DNA from: Chrysomallon squamiferum
Lineage: Eukaryota > Animalia > Mollusca
Length of the DNA stretch: 64,000 nt
NCBI GenBank assembly: GCA_012295275.1
Contig: CM022673.1
Span: forward strand, 17,608,001 to 17,672,000
Direction of reading: 5' to 3'
A program made the translations under genes and the position numbers. Each line of letters opens with the position of its first letter. Position 1 is the stretch's first letter. Below, one piece after another: positions 29,196 to 43,732 of the stretch. The notes beneath the pieces were generated by a model, which had not been told where the DNA came from, did not search any database, and saw only the letters and a program-made list of their open reading frames with translations.

Positions 29196-29937
29196 GTATG
29201 ATATCCTAGCATAATGAGAATTTATTTTTAAAAATCTTACAAAAGTTACCAAAACGTCTGATAGAAAATAACTAGAAACTCAAGCAGACACTGGTCTCAA
29301 TGTCAAAGAGGGAAGTTACTAATTTGATGTATCCTGCGATAGTTAGCAGTGAAGTTTCAGTTTCAGTTTTCTTTTTACCGGAGTTCATTAGTTTCGTGTT
29401 TGACACAGTGGAACGTACATGTCAGTATCAGAATGAAACTTCTATCACTGAATATTGTTAACGGTCTGGCGGACATAGGTTTTTGTCTGCCTACTCCGTT
29501 TGTAATAACTGATGTTCTCATCATGATGATGCTTGTTAGGTAAGCTAAATTATAGTCTAATTTGATCGAGGTATCTCTTCTTGTAAAATATACATCAATT
29601 ACATATGTCTACTGACGATGCTGCTGATAATGATGAAGACAACAGTGTTTGGATAATAATAACAATAATAATGATGAAAATAAAAACTATGCCAACAAGA
29701 AAATAGGGATAAATGTATTTTAACTCTCCTTTCCCTAAGATAACAAACAAAACTACAAAAACACAGTGTAAATGCGCGAGTACATATATATATATTCATA
29801 ATTATGCAAACATACATTACATACAAACATATGTACATATAAGAAAACATTGATCCACACACAAACACATAGACAAATACATGCTAATTGTACTAATTAT
29901 TGAATAAACATAAATTGTAACAACAACAACGATAATG

Positions 29938-29995
<58 letters not shown>

Positions 29996-30469
29996 AAGTA
30001 AAATTAATAGTAAAATTAATAGCAGTAGTAGTAGTATAGGTAGGAGTGGTAGTAGTAGTAATACTGGTGCTAATAGTATAGTACAAGTAATAGTTTTAGA
30101 AGAAATACTTCAAAAGGAAAGGAAGGAAAAAGCCACATTATCAAAGATTTCTGAACTTACAAACACAAACAGAATAAAATAATTGCTCACAAGAAACCAT
30201 TCCCGTAATTTCGCGATTATTGGAACTTTGCTGACGGTTTGATTATTTATATTTGGATGTTTGTTAGCTTTATGTAATATAAACAAATCATTTCACCTCG
30301 CTGCTTCTTCTGCACAATGTCACGTTTTCTTTCATTGCTTAACGGTGGCAAGCAGGTTTCTAAATATCTTCCCGAAAAGAGGCTGCCACTGCTGAAGAAA
30401 AAGTTTAGCAGATGTGTTCCATTCCAGATGTGGAGTATCATCAGTAAGTGTGTGTTAATCGGTTTGAAT

Positions 30470-31030
30470 GGTAGAGGGAAGAAAATGTAGAAAAGAGAGA
30501 ATGAGAAGAGAGAAGAGAGAGGTACACAAACAGACAGACAGACAGAGAGAGAGACAACAGACAAACATACTTACAGTCAGGGACAATAGACGAACATACT
30601 GAGAACCACAAAGAGACAGACAAATGTAACAGCTATACTGACAGAAACAGAGATAGACAGAAAGACAACAAACTAAAAAACAGAGTGAACAGAAGAACAT
30701 TCTAAGAGACACACAGACAACAGACGAACATACTGACAGATACAAAGAGTCAGAGGGACAGAGTAAAAAATGACAAACGTACTTACGTAGAACAGACGAA
30801 CATACAGACAAAGAGACAGGCAGAGAGACAACAGACAAAAATAGTGTCAGAAAGACAACACACAAACATACGGACGAAGATAAAACAAACAAACATACGG
30901 ACGAAGATAAAACAGACAAACATACTGACATATAGCTATAACAGACGAACAGGTAACAAGTTGACTCAAAGAGACAGAGGACAAACAAACATTATGACAG
31001 ACTGACAGACAGATAGAGAATCACAGAAAT
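30470..31030. repeat. Degenerate (GACA/GA)-rich low-complexity region
   Basis: Recurrent ACAGACGAACATAC and AAACATACGGACGAAGATAAAACA motifs. Confidence 0.7.
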
Positions 31031-31606
31031 ACTGCAGACGAGAAAAAGAAAGAACCACGTTACACTTTATAATGTCTTAACACTTTACTTATTAAAAACA
31101 GTACCTGGTTACCTACATGAATATGTAAGTTGTAAGTATATGTGTGTATTTAACCCATGTTTACTTATGTATGAGTATTTCAAGTTCGAATATTTTGGAA
31201 TATTTGTACACTCTAAATTAAATGACTATTTAAATATTTGCCCGTTTTCCGCCAGTACTCAGCATTCGTGTTTTTGAATGACATTACAGAACGTGGACAG
31301 TAAGAGGTCACATAACAAATAAAAGTAAAATTGTACTTGTGTTTCTAGATCAAAGTGAGCAGGTAAAAAACATCTGTCTTCAGAGATATTTCAGTGATGT
31401 ACATATTTACCTCATATAAGTTAATTAATTAAAAACTGTTTTTCAGTCAAAAATCTATTTATGTAAAATTGTAAATAATAAAATATGATGTGAAGTAAAA
31501 TGAAAAATAATAATAATAATAATAATAATAAAGTAATAATTATAATAATAATAACATATGTGTTTATGGTTCTGTGTGAATGTGCGTATGAATACATATA
31601 TATCTG

Positions 31607-31715
<109 letters not shown>

Positions 31716-31716
31716 A

Positions 31717-31797
<81 letters not shown>

Positions 31798-32434
31798 AAA
31801 CATAAATAAACTGAAAGATAAAGAGAAAAACAGACAGATAAATACACAACATCAAATTGAACATATTACTGCACATAACAACAGCGTATTTTAAAGCCAA
31901 TTGTCATAAATATAATAAATAACATAAATAATATATTATACCTTAAAATCCAGAAAGTTGTTATACCATCAACAAAAAATCCAACACTTGTGACACGAAA
32001 GTAGCTGGATGTATCCAGTATCCTTGTATCCCATAATTCTTATATCTTTACTAATAGCAAAATTAAATATTGACTGATCTCTTACTAAACATACTGCTAC
32101 TGGTATTTCAGTACTGATTTAAAATTTGCACATCTCTTATTAAATTTATAGACACTGTTTGTTCATTGCTAAAATCTTTTTTTTACGTACAAATAAAATG
32201 AAGCAGCGCGCACACAGACAGAATTACAAATGATACATAGCGTGTTGTGTTTCTTGTAAAGTTGCGCTTTGTGTTTGTTGATTTAAACACACCCTTTAAA
32301 TCTTCAGTAAGCCATTCATTATCTGTGCAGAGGTAGAGTCGCTTTTTCGTCTGTGTATTCGAAGAAAAGACAGAGAAAGACAAGACAGAAAGGTAACTGG
32401 AGAGGGAGACAGGTGCAGAGAAGTGGAGAGAATT

Positions 32435-32527
<93 letters not shown>

Positions 32528-34073
32528 GATATGAAGAAGCTCTGAACATATTAATGTGTTTCCCGAAATAGGCAGAAATGAAAGCATGTTTTTATTATTT
32601 GTGTTTTACGTACAAAAGATTTCTTATTGTAACTAGCATTTTGTGACAAAAGCCGGGTTTCTCCTCTGTTGTACCAGAAATATTATCTTTTTCTTTTAAC
32701 CGTCTCTGTTAAAATGCACATATCGTTAATTCATCAAATGAAATAAAACTGCTTAATTTAAAAAATATAAGAAAAACAAAGACAAGATTAAGTATTAATT
32801 TTAGAATTTTGTTATTGATATCTACAAATGCCCAGTTGTTGTAGTTATTTAGTCCGAACATTTTTGTTTTTTAATTTATTGACGTAAAATTTGAATCATT
32901 TTCATAAAAAATGATAAAAATAAAAAATAAAAGTAAAAAGTGTCTTCTAATTTCCGTAGCGCTACACAAGGAGGTTGGATTAATGAATTATTTATTTTAA
33001 CTTTTTGCAGTTTCTGGAAGTCCTCATTATCAGGTCACAGAGACAAGAAAATGAGTCGTTCCCAATCACGATCAGTGTTCTGTAATCATGTTCACTGTTA
33101 GATACCTTGTCATTAACTTTTCACACATACACAAAATTTAATAACTGATAACCATTTCCATAAATTAAAATAAATTGAAATAAATAAACAAACAAACAAA
33201 TAACTAAAGATACAAATAACAAATAAATAAATAAATAAACAAACAAACAAACAAGTAAACAAACAAAAATAAATAAACAAACACACGAGAAAGTAATCCA
33301 ACAACTAATTAGTCAGATCTTTTCCTTCTTAATTCTTAGATAACAATAATAAAAGAAAATAAAATAATAAATAAAAACAAATAAACAAATAAGATACAGC
33401 TAACATTAATATTAACACTTAGAACTATATATAACTTACATTAATATTAGAAGATAAAGTTTGACTTAATACCAATAATATTAATAAATAAAACATTAAA
33501 GACAAAATGAATGTCAAACATCGGAGTATATTTATATTTGTAGCAAACCAAAATTATTATTTATGTGAATAATATTTTGAATGTTGTTCATTTACAGTTC
33601 ATTTACAGATAAAGTGAATATTAATACTGAAGAAGTCGAAACAGAAGAAAAAAACCAACAAAATCTAAGAAAAAGAAATTGGTTGAATAGAAAGAAAAAA
33701 TATTCATAAAATGAAACGGAAGTCGAAGAAAATGAAGAAGAAAAAAAAAAGATAATGAAGAATAGAAGGGGAATAAGCAGGAAAAGTCAAATAAAAAAAG
33801 AAATTCAAAAAAAAAAAAAATATATATATAGAAAAACTGAAATAAAAAGAAGAAGGAATTACGGGGTGAGGAAAAAACCGAAAGATAATTAATGAAAAAA
33901 ATAATAATAATAGGAAGAAGAAACGAAGAATAAATGAAAAGAAACGAGGAAAACAGTGAGAAATGAAAATATGTGTAGAAGAAGTAGAAAGAGAAAAGAA
34001 TATCATAATTTTCTCTACCATCCTTATTATATTTTCTTATTTATTTATTTATTTATTTATTTATTATTATTAC

Positions 34074-34107
<34 letters not shown>

Positions 34108-35357
34108 TTATTATTATTATTATTTTATTATTATTATATTTTATTTAATCTTTTTATTTTTTTATTTGCTTATTTATTTTTTAGAATTCATTTAATTATT
34201 TGTTTTTATTTTATTTTATTTCACTTCATTTTATTTTATTTTAATCTAATTTAATCTGCTTGCCTTTTTGAACAGTTATTGATTTATTTTCAAAGTCTGG
34301 AACAGCAGAAAACGATTCAGGCACTACGAATACAAGAAGATCATTGTAATTAATAATCTATAATCGTCTGTGCATCTGTGAGTCTGTCTGACTGTGAAAT
34401 TAATGAGACTAAAATTACTGAAATCGATTGCAGTAACAATCAAAAGAATGTCTCTCAGTCAAAACTAATGAAAGTCTAAAAATAAGATAGATAACAAATA
34501 TTATCATCTTTATCACTGTCATCATCATCATCATCTTTATTATTATTATCATCATCATGTTTATCTTTATTATTAGTAGTAGTAGTAGTAGTAGCAGCAG
34601 TAGTAGTAGTAGTAGTAGTAGCAGTAGTAGTAGTAGTAGTAGTAGTAGTTGTTGTTGTTGTTGTTGTTGTTATTGTTGTAAAAATAGTAGTTGCCGATGT
34701 GGTAGTGGTAGTGGTAGTGATAGTAGTTGTAGTGGTGCTGGTGGTACTTGTAATTCAGTAGCAGGTGTAATGGTGGTAGTTGTGTCAGTAAAATAGCAAA
34801 CAGGTGTTTTCTTTGTTAAGTTATTTAAAAATGGAGTTTTTCCTTGCACAAATTTAAAAAAAAGGAAATAAATTTAAATCATTTCGGGCTGGGAAAAGTT
34901 AATACATCTTATTATTTTGTCTTGTTTTTCATCCCCCTTTTTGTTCATTCTTCATTAATCTCGTTATTTACTGACATCTTTCTGCTGGAATGATTTAATA
35001 GTTTGAACAATCGCGATGTATTCACGCAAGATTTGTCTCAGTGAGATCATTAAAAAACATGACGAATTCATTTCATTTTTTTTTAAATAACACTAGTTAT
35101 TGCCTTTATTTTATTTCTCACGTGTCGTAATCAAACTTTTATATATTTGCTTATCCTTTATTGCTGTTGTTGTTGTTCTTATTATTATTTGTTGTTTCAT
35201 TTTCGGTTTCATGGTGTTCTTGATAAAACTGACTATTGTGATCAAATTATCAGCATTTATAATCATCTTGATCATCATAAATGCTGTTTGTTCTGTGATT
35301 ATTTGAGAAGCTATCAGACTGTTACAACATGAGAGATACAAAACAAGATAAAGAGAA

Positions 35358-35477
<120 letters not shown>

Positions 35478-35562
35478 TATGTATATATATATATATATAT
35501 ATATCCACAGAGAGAGAAAGAAAGTGAGCGAGAAAATGAGATAGAAAAAAAGAGAATAGAAC

Positions 35563-35643
<81 letters not shown>

Positions 35644-36980
35644 TATTAAGGATATAAACGTGACAACTCTAATACAATGACTTTGTCTGTCAGTCAGCCG
35701 ACACACAAACGCCACGTGACTTGAGGTTTTAGTGTCATCCATTTAATTGCCTAATTTAAAAACTTGTTTGCCTCTATCTCACTGATTGTGAACTGCACTG
35801 ATTTCAGGCTCTGCCGTCCTAGCATTAAAAGGCAGTTAATTTAACACGTGTCCAACTAAATCTAAATATCTAGTCACTCATTTGTACACTTCCTTATCAT
35901 TCAAATTGCTCCTGTAAAAATACAGAAAGAAAACAGGTCACACGATTTTGTTATTCTCATTACAAACTTCATTTCGTAGTCGGAGGTTTTTCAGATCGTG
36001 ATTTTTTTTTTTTTTTTTTGTTATTCCTGTACTTTCCCTGCTACTAGATGTCTGAGCTAAATTTCATGGATTTTTCCCCATAATATTATTTATCTTTATC
36101 TATCTGTCTGTCTATCTTTCTGTCTATATGTCTGTCTAAATTCTATCTATCCATCTATATATCTATCCATCCATCCATCTGTCTGTCTGTGTATCTATTA
36201 GAAACTTCTGTTTGTGTATTCTGTTTATGTGTTCTGTATTTATATATTGATATGTAGGTAGATAGGTAGATATGTGTTTATCTACATGTATTTATATCGT
36301 TTTCTGTGTTCGTTTCTCAAAATATTTATAAATTTATTATAATTAATACTATTACGTATTCATAAATTGACTTACACGCAAACAAGATATGAAGTTGTTA
36401 ATTTCATCTAAAATGTTATTAAAGAATTTTAAATATCAAACTGAGCTATATCTCAGGTTTGCTGTTGTTACTGTTTTTGTGAATCCTCCATTCATTAATA
36501 AATTCTGATATGATGGGTAAAAACTTAACCATACATGAAGCAACTGAAAATGAGCTCAGAGCAGCAATTGTATAGAATTTATTTTTTACACTGTATCTTT
36601 TATGTAGGCAGGAGATTCTAACCAAATTTTATTTTCATTATCAATGTCTGCTTACGTAAAACTGATAACATTTATTTAAGCCGTGTTCATACTAATCGAC
36701 TTGTTGTTTCCGCTTGTAGTATCGGCTTTAGAATTTAGAGAAATTGGACGGTTTGGAATTTTTCAGTTTTTATTAAGTGTGTCATGGATGCATGTTTTTA
36801 ACTTGTTTGAGAACAAAGCCTAAGTTTCTTTGTTCACTAAAGCCTACGATCGTCAAAATCTGATAAAAGAATTCTTATAATAAAGAAGCTAATAAGAACG
36901 AGAAAGAAAAAATGAATGAGAGAAAGAAAAAAATCAAAGAGTGGAAGCGAAAAAAGAACGAAAAAGAAAGATAGAAAGAA

Positions 36981-37019
<39 letters not shown>

Positions 37020-37690
37020 AACAGAAGAAACGAAATACGAATGAAGAGAACCTTATCGGATAGTTAACTGCAAATTGATTGATGGAGAGAGTTCACGACA
37101 TTTGGTAGGGAATGGGAAACATAATTCGATCGCAAGCGTCAAGTCGCTTAGTGAAAACACTGCTATAGACAATTTAACTAACCCTTGCAAACACACGCTT
37201 TCTCCTGAACCACCCTCTCTGTCCACGGTTATTTCAACATGTCAGCAGTGCTGTCATCACGCATCTGCAGAACTGATTTCAAGTCAGAAAGAAAAAAAAA
37301 AATTCACGTACAAATTAGCAGCACATTAACACAGATACAAAATATGCTTTGTGTAGTTCAGATAGTGAGCCTTGTTAGTGACAAACTATGAATTAAGTAG
37401 TTTATACTTTATCAGTTTTAATTCCTGTTCACATATAAAACATTCACTGTCTGTAGACAAAGAGCAGACTTAAACGTGGCTGGAGTAAATATGTACACGT
37501 CACACACGTAACTACAGTCGTACACTGACACAACTCTACACACGTCTTGTTACAAACACACACAGACACATATACCTTCATACAGATATATCTTCATACA
37601 TTCTGACATACACACATGCACACCCATATATGTGTGTGTATGTTTGTGTGTGTAAATATGTATATATATGTGTGTGTATATATGTGTGTT

Positions 37691-37827
<137 letters not shown>

Positions 37828-38329
37828 ATCATGTAACAGATAAACACAGGGAATACTAAAATACATATTTTACAACTATAAAAAAGGTTTAAAAATAATG
37901 TTACATTATTTTCAGAAAAGAGTTACTAAATACGTACATCTCTATCACCAGTTTGCGGGTTTTGTCTACACGGATCTGACAAACTCGAAAATTGATTCAC
38001 CTTTCATTGTTTATTCTGTCATTGGGTTGCCACTCTATTAATAGGACGTGCTGTTTACAAATGGGACAGTGTAAATATAGGAGATCGTTTCAAGATCGGA
38101 TAACAGAATAACCCCAGTGCGAATCGGGAATACTAATGATTTGGTGTGTTAATCGTTTTAGTGATCTTGTTCAGAAAGGATTTAGGTCATCGCTGAACTA
38201 TATAAAACATGCTTACATAATTGAAGGTTCAAGCACACAAAACATGGACAATGACTGAATGTTGCTTTTAATATTAATTTGTTTATGTTATAAGATTGGT
38301 CAGCTAGAACGTAATAGATTGGTTAGATA

Positions 38330-38830
38330 GTAGTGTTAGTCTGTTAGACATTTAGTTAGAGAAGAGAGAGTGCAGTGTTAACGTGTTAGAATATTAGTTA
38401 GAGAGAAGAGAGAGAATGTGGTGTTAGCATGTTAGAAGATTAGTTAGAGAGAGGAAAGAGTGTAATATTAGTGTGTTAGAAGGCTGGTTAAAGAAAAGAC
38501 AGTATAGTGTTATTAAGTTAGAAGATTAGTTATAGAAGAGATAGTATAGTGTTAGTATGTTAGAAGATTATTTACAGAAAAGAAAGTGTAATATTAATAT
38601 ATTAGAAGATTAGTTACAGAGGAAGAGTATAGTGTTGTTAGCATGTTAGAAGTTTAATTAGAGAGAAAAGAGAGAATAGTGTTAGAATGTTAGATGAGTT
38701 AGAAAATAAATTTTAGTGTCAGTATGTTAGAAGCTTAGCTAGAGAAGAGACAGTGTAGTGTTAGTATGTTAGATGATTAGTTAGAGAAAAGAGTGTAATG
38801 TTAGTATGTTAGGTTAGTTAGAGAGAAGGT
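38330..38830. repeat. Diverged ~40-bp minisatellite, ~12 copies
   Basis: Consensus approximately GTGTTAGTATGTTAGAAGATTAGTTAGAGAGAAGAGAGTATA. Confidence 0.85.
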
Positions 38831-39088
38831 GTACTGTTATTTACACATTAACATTTGGCTGTATTATTAAAGGTATGGTTGTGTCTCTCAGTCTTCAACT
38901 ATCGCGTTTAATCGTTGAACCAGCGAGGCTGGTTTCATGAATTAAACAAACTACGACTTGCAGCGCCACAGAATGATAGAATCCTGTCATTGTTAAACAG
39001 TACAGATGTGAATTTAAAGTAAGAAATTTTAAACAGACAAGATAACAGTGTACATTTTTTATATTTATTTAGACTCTGGTGATATAGC

Positions 39089-39141
<53 letters not shown>

Positions 39142-39942
39142 CCTAACTAAAAAATAAATAATCAATAAAACATCGAATAAATGATCACAATGACATTACA
39201 AAAACAAACAAAAATGAGTACATTTAGTATTAGGTAACATGAGATGTATTTTGACAAATTTTACAGATTACAGCACTATAGTATAGCTCAAAACAACTTG
39301 CTGTTGAAAACAGTACGATATATTAATGTATCGGTGTAATATTCAAAACTGCATATTACTTCACTTTGCTGAAAATAACTATTCACATCACATTGCACTT
39401 GATTTCCCACTGCATTTCCCGTCTAGTATTCAAGACACCTAGATTCTGCACTTCACAACACAGTACTATTCAACATAAAAAATATTTCGTTTCAATGGAA
39501 ATCATTATTCAACAGAACACAAAATTGTTCTAGATGGCAAGGTGCAATCAGCACAGCGGAATACTGCACTTCATTGTAAATTACTCTTAAAACACTCAAA
39601 AAACTGCACAACACAAATGTAATGAATATTTATTTCCGTCTGCAGTTTAAACATCGTGCACCAGTGACTGGTGATGTGGAAGCGATGCGCAGACAACATG
39701 CCCACTGCATTCCATGTTAGACTACCGCAAGTCTACGCTTTTTTCTGCAGGTTCATTCTGTTTGTTCAAAGAATGACAACATCGTCTATCTGAGCGTCCT
39801 GAAGTCTAACACATTGGTGTTTTGTGACAACGTAATTTAAAATAAAAACACTGATATTTAAGTCATTTGTTTTACTCCTTCTGAAATAGAAATTGATCAT
39901 TTCTGTGAGATACCGGTCCCTCGCATTTCGGATATAGAACCT

Positions 39943-39981
<39 letters not shown>

Positions 39982-40119
39982 GCCCCCCAAAACCACCCCA
40001 ATTTTTTTAACATGTTTTTAAATAAGAAAAATGTATTTATAAAAGACAAATATTGTATAAAAACAAAATAAAAGAGAATGTAAAGAAATAAATTGGTTTT
40101 GTAAAGTATACAGGGTTAG

Positions 40120-40612
40120 GGTTTCTCCATCTTTTCATGGACAGAGGCCCGCAGCTTAGAAATTATTTGAAGGCCTTTCGCTAGAGTTATAGCCTTTATC
40201 GACTCCTTCAGCTTCTGTATGGTACACATCGTAGAAGCACTCCGCTCGTACTGCCCAGCCAAGTCGACTACATGCACAGTTCGCACGTTGTCCTGATTTC
40301 ATGCTTTAATTTAATGGAATCAACCGCATCTTCTTCTCAGAACTGTCCTTTGCACTCACTTTCTTACAATCATGGTAAGAAAAAAAAATGGGCAAAATAC
40401 TGGACAAAACGCGAACATATCAGAACAGAGATGCTTTCATGGCGAGGTAACCACGTGAAGCAAACAAGAGAGACGCGGGATACTGGGTGGATGTTGTGTT
40501 GTTCGTTGCACCAACTAGCTCGTAACTCGGATTTTTGCTCGCAAAAATTGACCGGGCGACTGGTCGTAACTCGAAAACTCGTAAGTTGGTGAACCGTAAG
40601 TCAATCTACCAT
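40120..40612 (-). mobile_element. Decayed Tigger/pogo-type (Tc1/mariner superfamily) DNA transposon, 5' fragment
   Basis: Frameshifted transposase N-terminus on - (KKVSAKDSSEKKMRLI..KHEI..VVDLAGQYERSASTMCTIQKLKESIKAITLAKGLQIISKLRASVHEKMEK), matching the CENP-B/psq HTH pattern of TIGD-like transposases; degenerate TIR-like end (tggtag-ttgacttacg) and CTCGTAAC/TCGTAAG subterminal repeats at 40519-40612. Confidence 0.8.
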
Positions 40613-40626
40613 TTTATATATATATA

Positions 40627-40657
<31 letters not shown>

Positions 40658-42411
40658 AGAACAATGAAACATGAAAAAGAAAAAGAAAAGAAAACCCAAA
40701 AGCATGAGAGAGATAAAGCATCATAAAATAATTGTCGTGAATGAAAAAAAAAGTTCATTATCATAATGTTTTTTAATTTTAAATATACAGTATTGCTTTC
40801 ATTTGTATGTAGGGGGGTTATGTCTTTAAATACATCTGTCATTATTTATTTTATTTTATTTATTGTTATATTTGTACATATAATTATTTCTTCTCTTTTT
40901 TGTCATTTTAAAAAAATTTTGTATTCTCTTCATGACTTCAAACATTCTTCTCTCTATCTCTCTCACACACGCACACACACGCTCTACCTTTCTCTCTCTG
41001 TCACGATCCTTCTTTTTCTCTTTCGCAATCTTTTCCTTTTCTCTCTCTTCTCTTTCTCTGTTTCTCTCTATCTCTCTATCCATCACTGTCTCATTCTCTC
41101 CCTCCTCTTTCTTTCACTCTCTCATTGCTTCCCTCTATTTCGTAACACAGAATATTCTAGTATACAGTACAAAACAGTACAAAACTGTACAAAAGCTCTC
41201 AGCGTGTGGTCTGCCCGTTTCGTGAGTTCACAATGGAATTTTGTAGGTGATTTCCTCTGCTGATGTACACAATGTTTAACTCCCCAGCGAAACAAACAGG
41301 TGTCTGCTTGTATTTGTTTATATATAGAAACTCGGAACTGTTTGCACTGTTGTTTTTTAACAACCATGCCGCGCTGGAAAAACACGGATAAAATTTAAAC
41401 AGGTGTATACACACACAGTGTGTTTTACGTAAATAAAACTCTATTATATAGGTGTTTATTGTTGTTTTTACCTCCGTAGTAATATTACAGTTTTCCATAC
41501 AGTTATTTCTGTTTTATTTTCCAAACTGGAATTCTGTTCAGATATTTATTTGTTTGTTTGTGGGTTCGGATTTTCTTCTTTATTTAACTATACCTAACTG
41601 TCGTGATAGTCATAACACTCTCCTTCTTTCTCTCTCGTTCCCTATTTTTCTCAGTTTGCTTCATCTTTTTTTTTTCTCTCTCTCTGTCTCTCTCTGTCCG
41701 TCTCACTAAGAAACACACATATTATTTTATTACTATTTATTCTCTGACTTTTCGTATTATAACACTGTTTTAAAAATAATTTGGTTTATGTCAGTATTTT
41801 GAATTTGAAAATAAAGTAGCCTATTATAAAGCTTTTTGTTTGTTAATAAATTGCTTTTAAATTACCATTATCTCATTAATTCATATAATTTTCTCTTTCA
41901 CATTATTTTTATGTTTTTAAAATTAATCAAACAGCACTTAATTAATTATTTTTTTATTAATTTTATCTGTTTATTTATTTATTTATTTATTATCATCATC
42001 ATCAACATCATCTCTTTAATGTTACCAACCCAGTAGGTGTCCCAAGGTTGTTTAGCAAAAGTCTTTGTATTCTATTCCTGATTATCAAAAGATACAAGAA
42101 TCAGTATTAACGGATCGTTTTTACAGCTATAAAAATTAAAAAATTAAAAATTAAAAAATTAAAAGATTAAAATAGCAGTAATTATTTACAGACTAGATGT
42201 CCTATTAAATCGTAAATTATAATTTATAATCATTCATAATAACCGTATCGTTCATCTGATAAATGATCCTAAGGTTTTATTTTCAGACAACTCTACTTCC
42301 TGTATGTCAATGAACTCTCTTGGAGTTGTTTCCCTTACTACTAAAAAATCGGTTCTTTCTTCCAAAAAGTTTTGTAATATATGAAATTTTATTTTTCAAT
42401 TTTTATTTATT

Positions 42412-42459
<48 letters not shown>

Positions 42460-42655
42460 TGTTATTGTTGTTGTTGTTTGTTGCTGTTTTCTGTTGTTTT
42501 TTTGTTGTTCTTCGTTTAATCAGCTAATACTTTTAAGCAGTTTACATAACCATATTAAAAAACTACGTCAGAAAGATGAAGATTCTTTATTATTCACAAT
42601 CACATCTAAATAAATAAATGAACTCATTCAAAACCGCATCAGTTTAAAATAATAA

Positions 42656-42721
<66 letters not shown>

Positions 42722-42799
42722 GGAGTACTGCTATTTGCTGAAACATTAATTACTTATGTGCTTGATTCGAGGTTTTTCCGTTTTGTATTGGAAATAATG

Positions 42800-42849
42800 T
42801 CACCACGGAAATTTTACAAAAACCGCCATCACATCAGCTTGTCTGAAAT
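42800..42849 (-). CDS. PAN-protein terminal coding exon
   Basis: ttattccag|(D)FRQADVMAVFVKFPW*. Confidence 0.78.
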
Positions 42850-43416
42850 CTGGAATAAAATAATAACAGTAATAACAACAACAACAACAACATTATTGTT
42901 ATTATGATTATAATGATGATGAAGATGATGATGATGATGACGATGATAAGAACGATAACAACGATGATGTCAGTTAATCTACAACTAGTTAATAAATCCA
43001 AAACATGTCATTCTTGAATAAACAATCTAAAAATGTATATTACCGCAGTAACGTTTTAAATTATTCTTATTATTTTACTTACAATAATTAAATTTAAAAA
43101 AAACAATTCGCTGGTACATAATTTACTAGATGCTAACCCCGTGAATGCCATCGAGTTATTTGATGGTTGGCAGCGTAGAGAAACACAGGGAAGCCAGATT
43201 TCACATCACCCTCCCAGTCACACACAGACACGTTAGAATCCAAAACCACCATCCACCCGACGTCTTCGACCACGTTGCAGCCGCTGTCGCTGTTACCAAT
43301 GTACCAGTGCCGAACAAAGCTGACGTCATCACTTGACAAAATAATGAAGAAAATAAACTAAAATAAATAGATAATAACATCAACAACAATATTGAAAACT
43401 ACAATAGTAATAATAA

Positions 43417-43447
<31 letters not shown>

Positions 43448-43495
43448 AAAAACAACAACACCTATAACGATAACAATACAAATACTAATAAAAAC

Positions 43496-43576
<81 letters not shown>

Positions 43577-43701
43577 TTGGTCTGTTTATCAAAATGTAGT
43601 CCATTTCATTCTTGATTACTCTATTTGGACTTTTCCACAATTTATTCACAGAATGACATGCAATGTTTGTCTGCTGCACGGTCAAGTAAAACATTTTCCT
43701 T

Positions 43702-43732
<31 letters not shown>

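Noticed and set aside
40112-40123. Telomere-like AGGGTTAGGGTT at the transposon truncation point
   Set aside because: Only two units; too short to claim telomerase healing.
40272-40592. 106-aa plus-strand ORF
   Set aside because: Antisense to the decayed Tigger element; not an independent gene.
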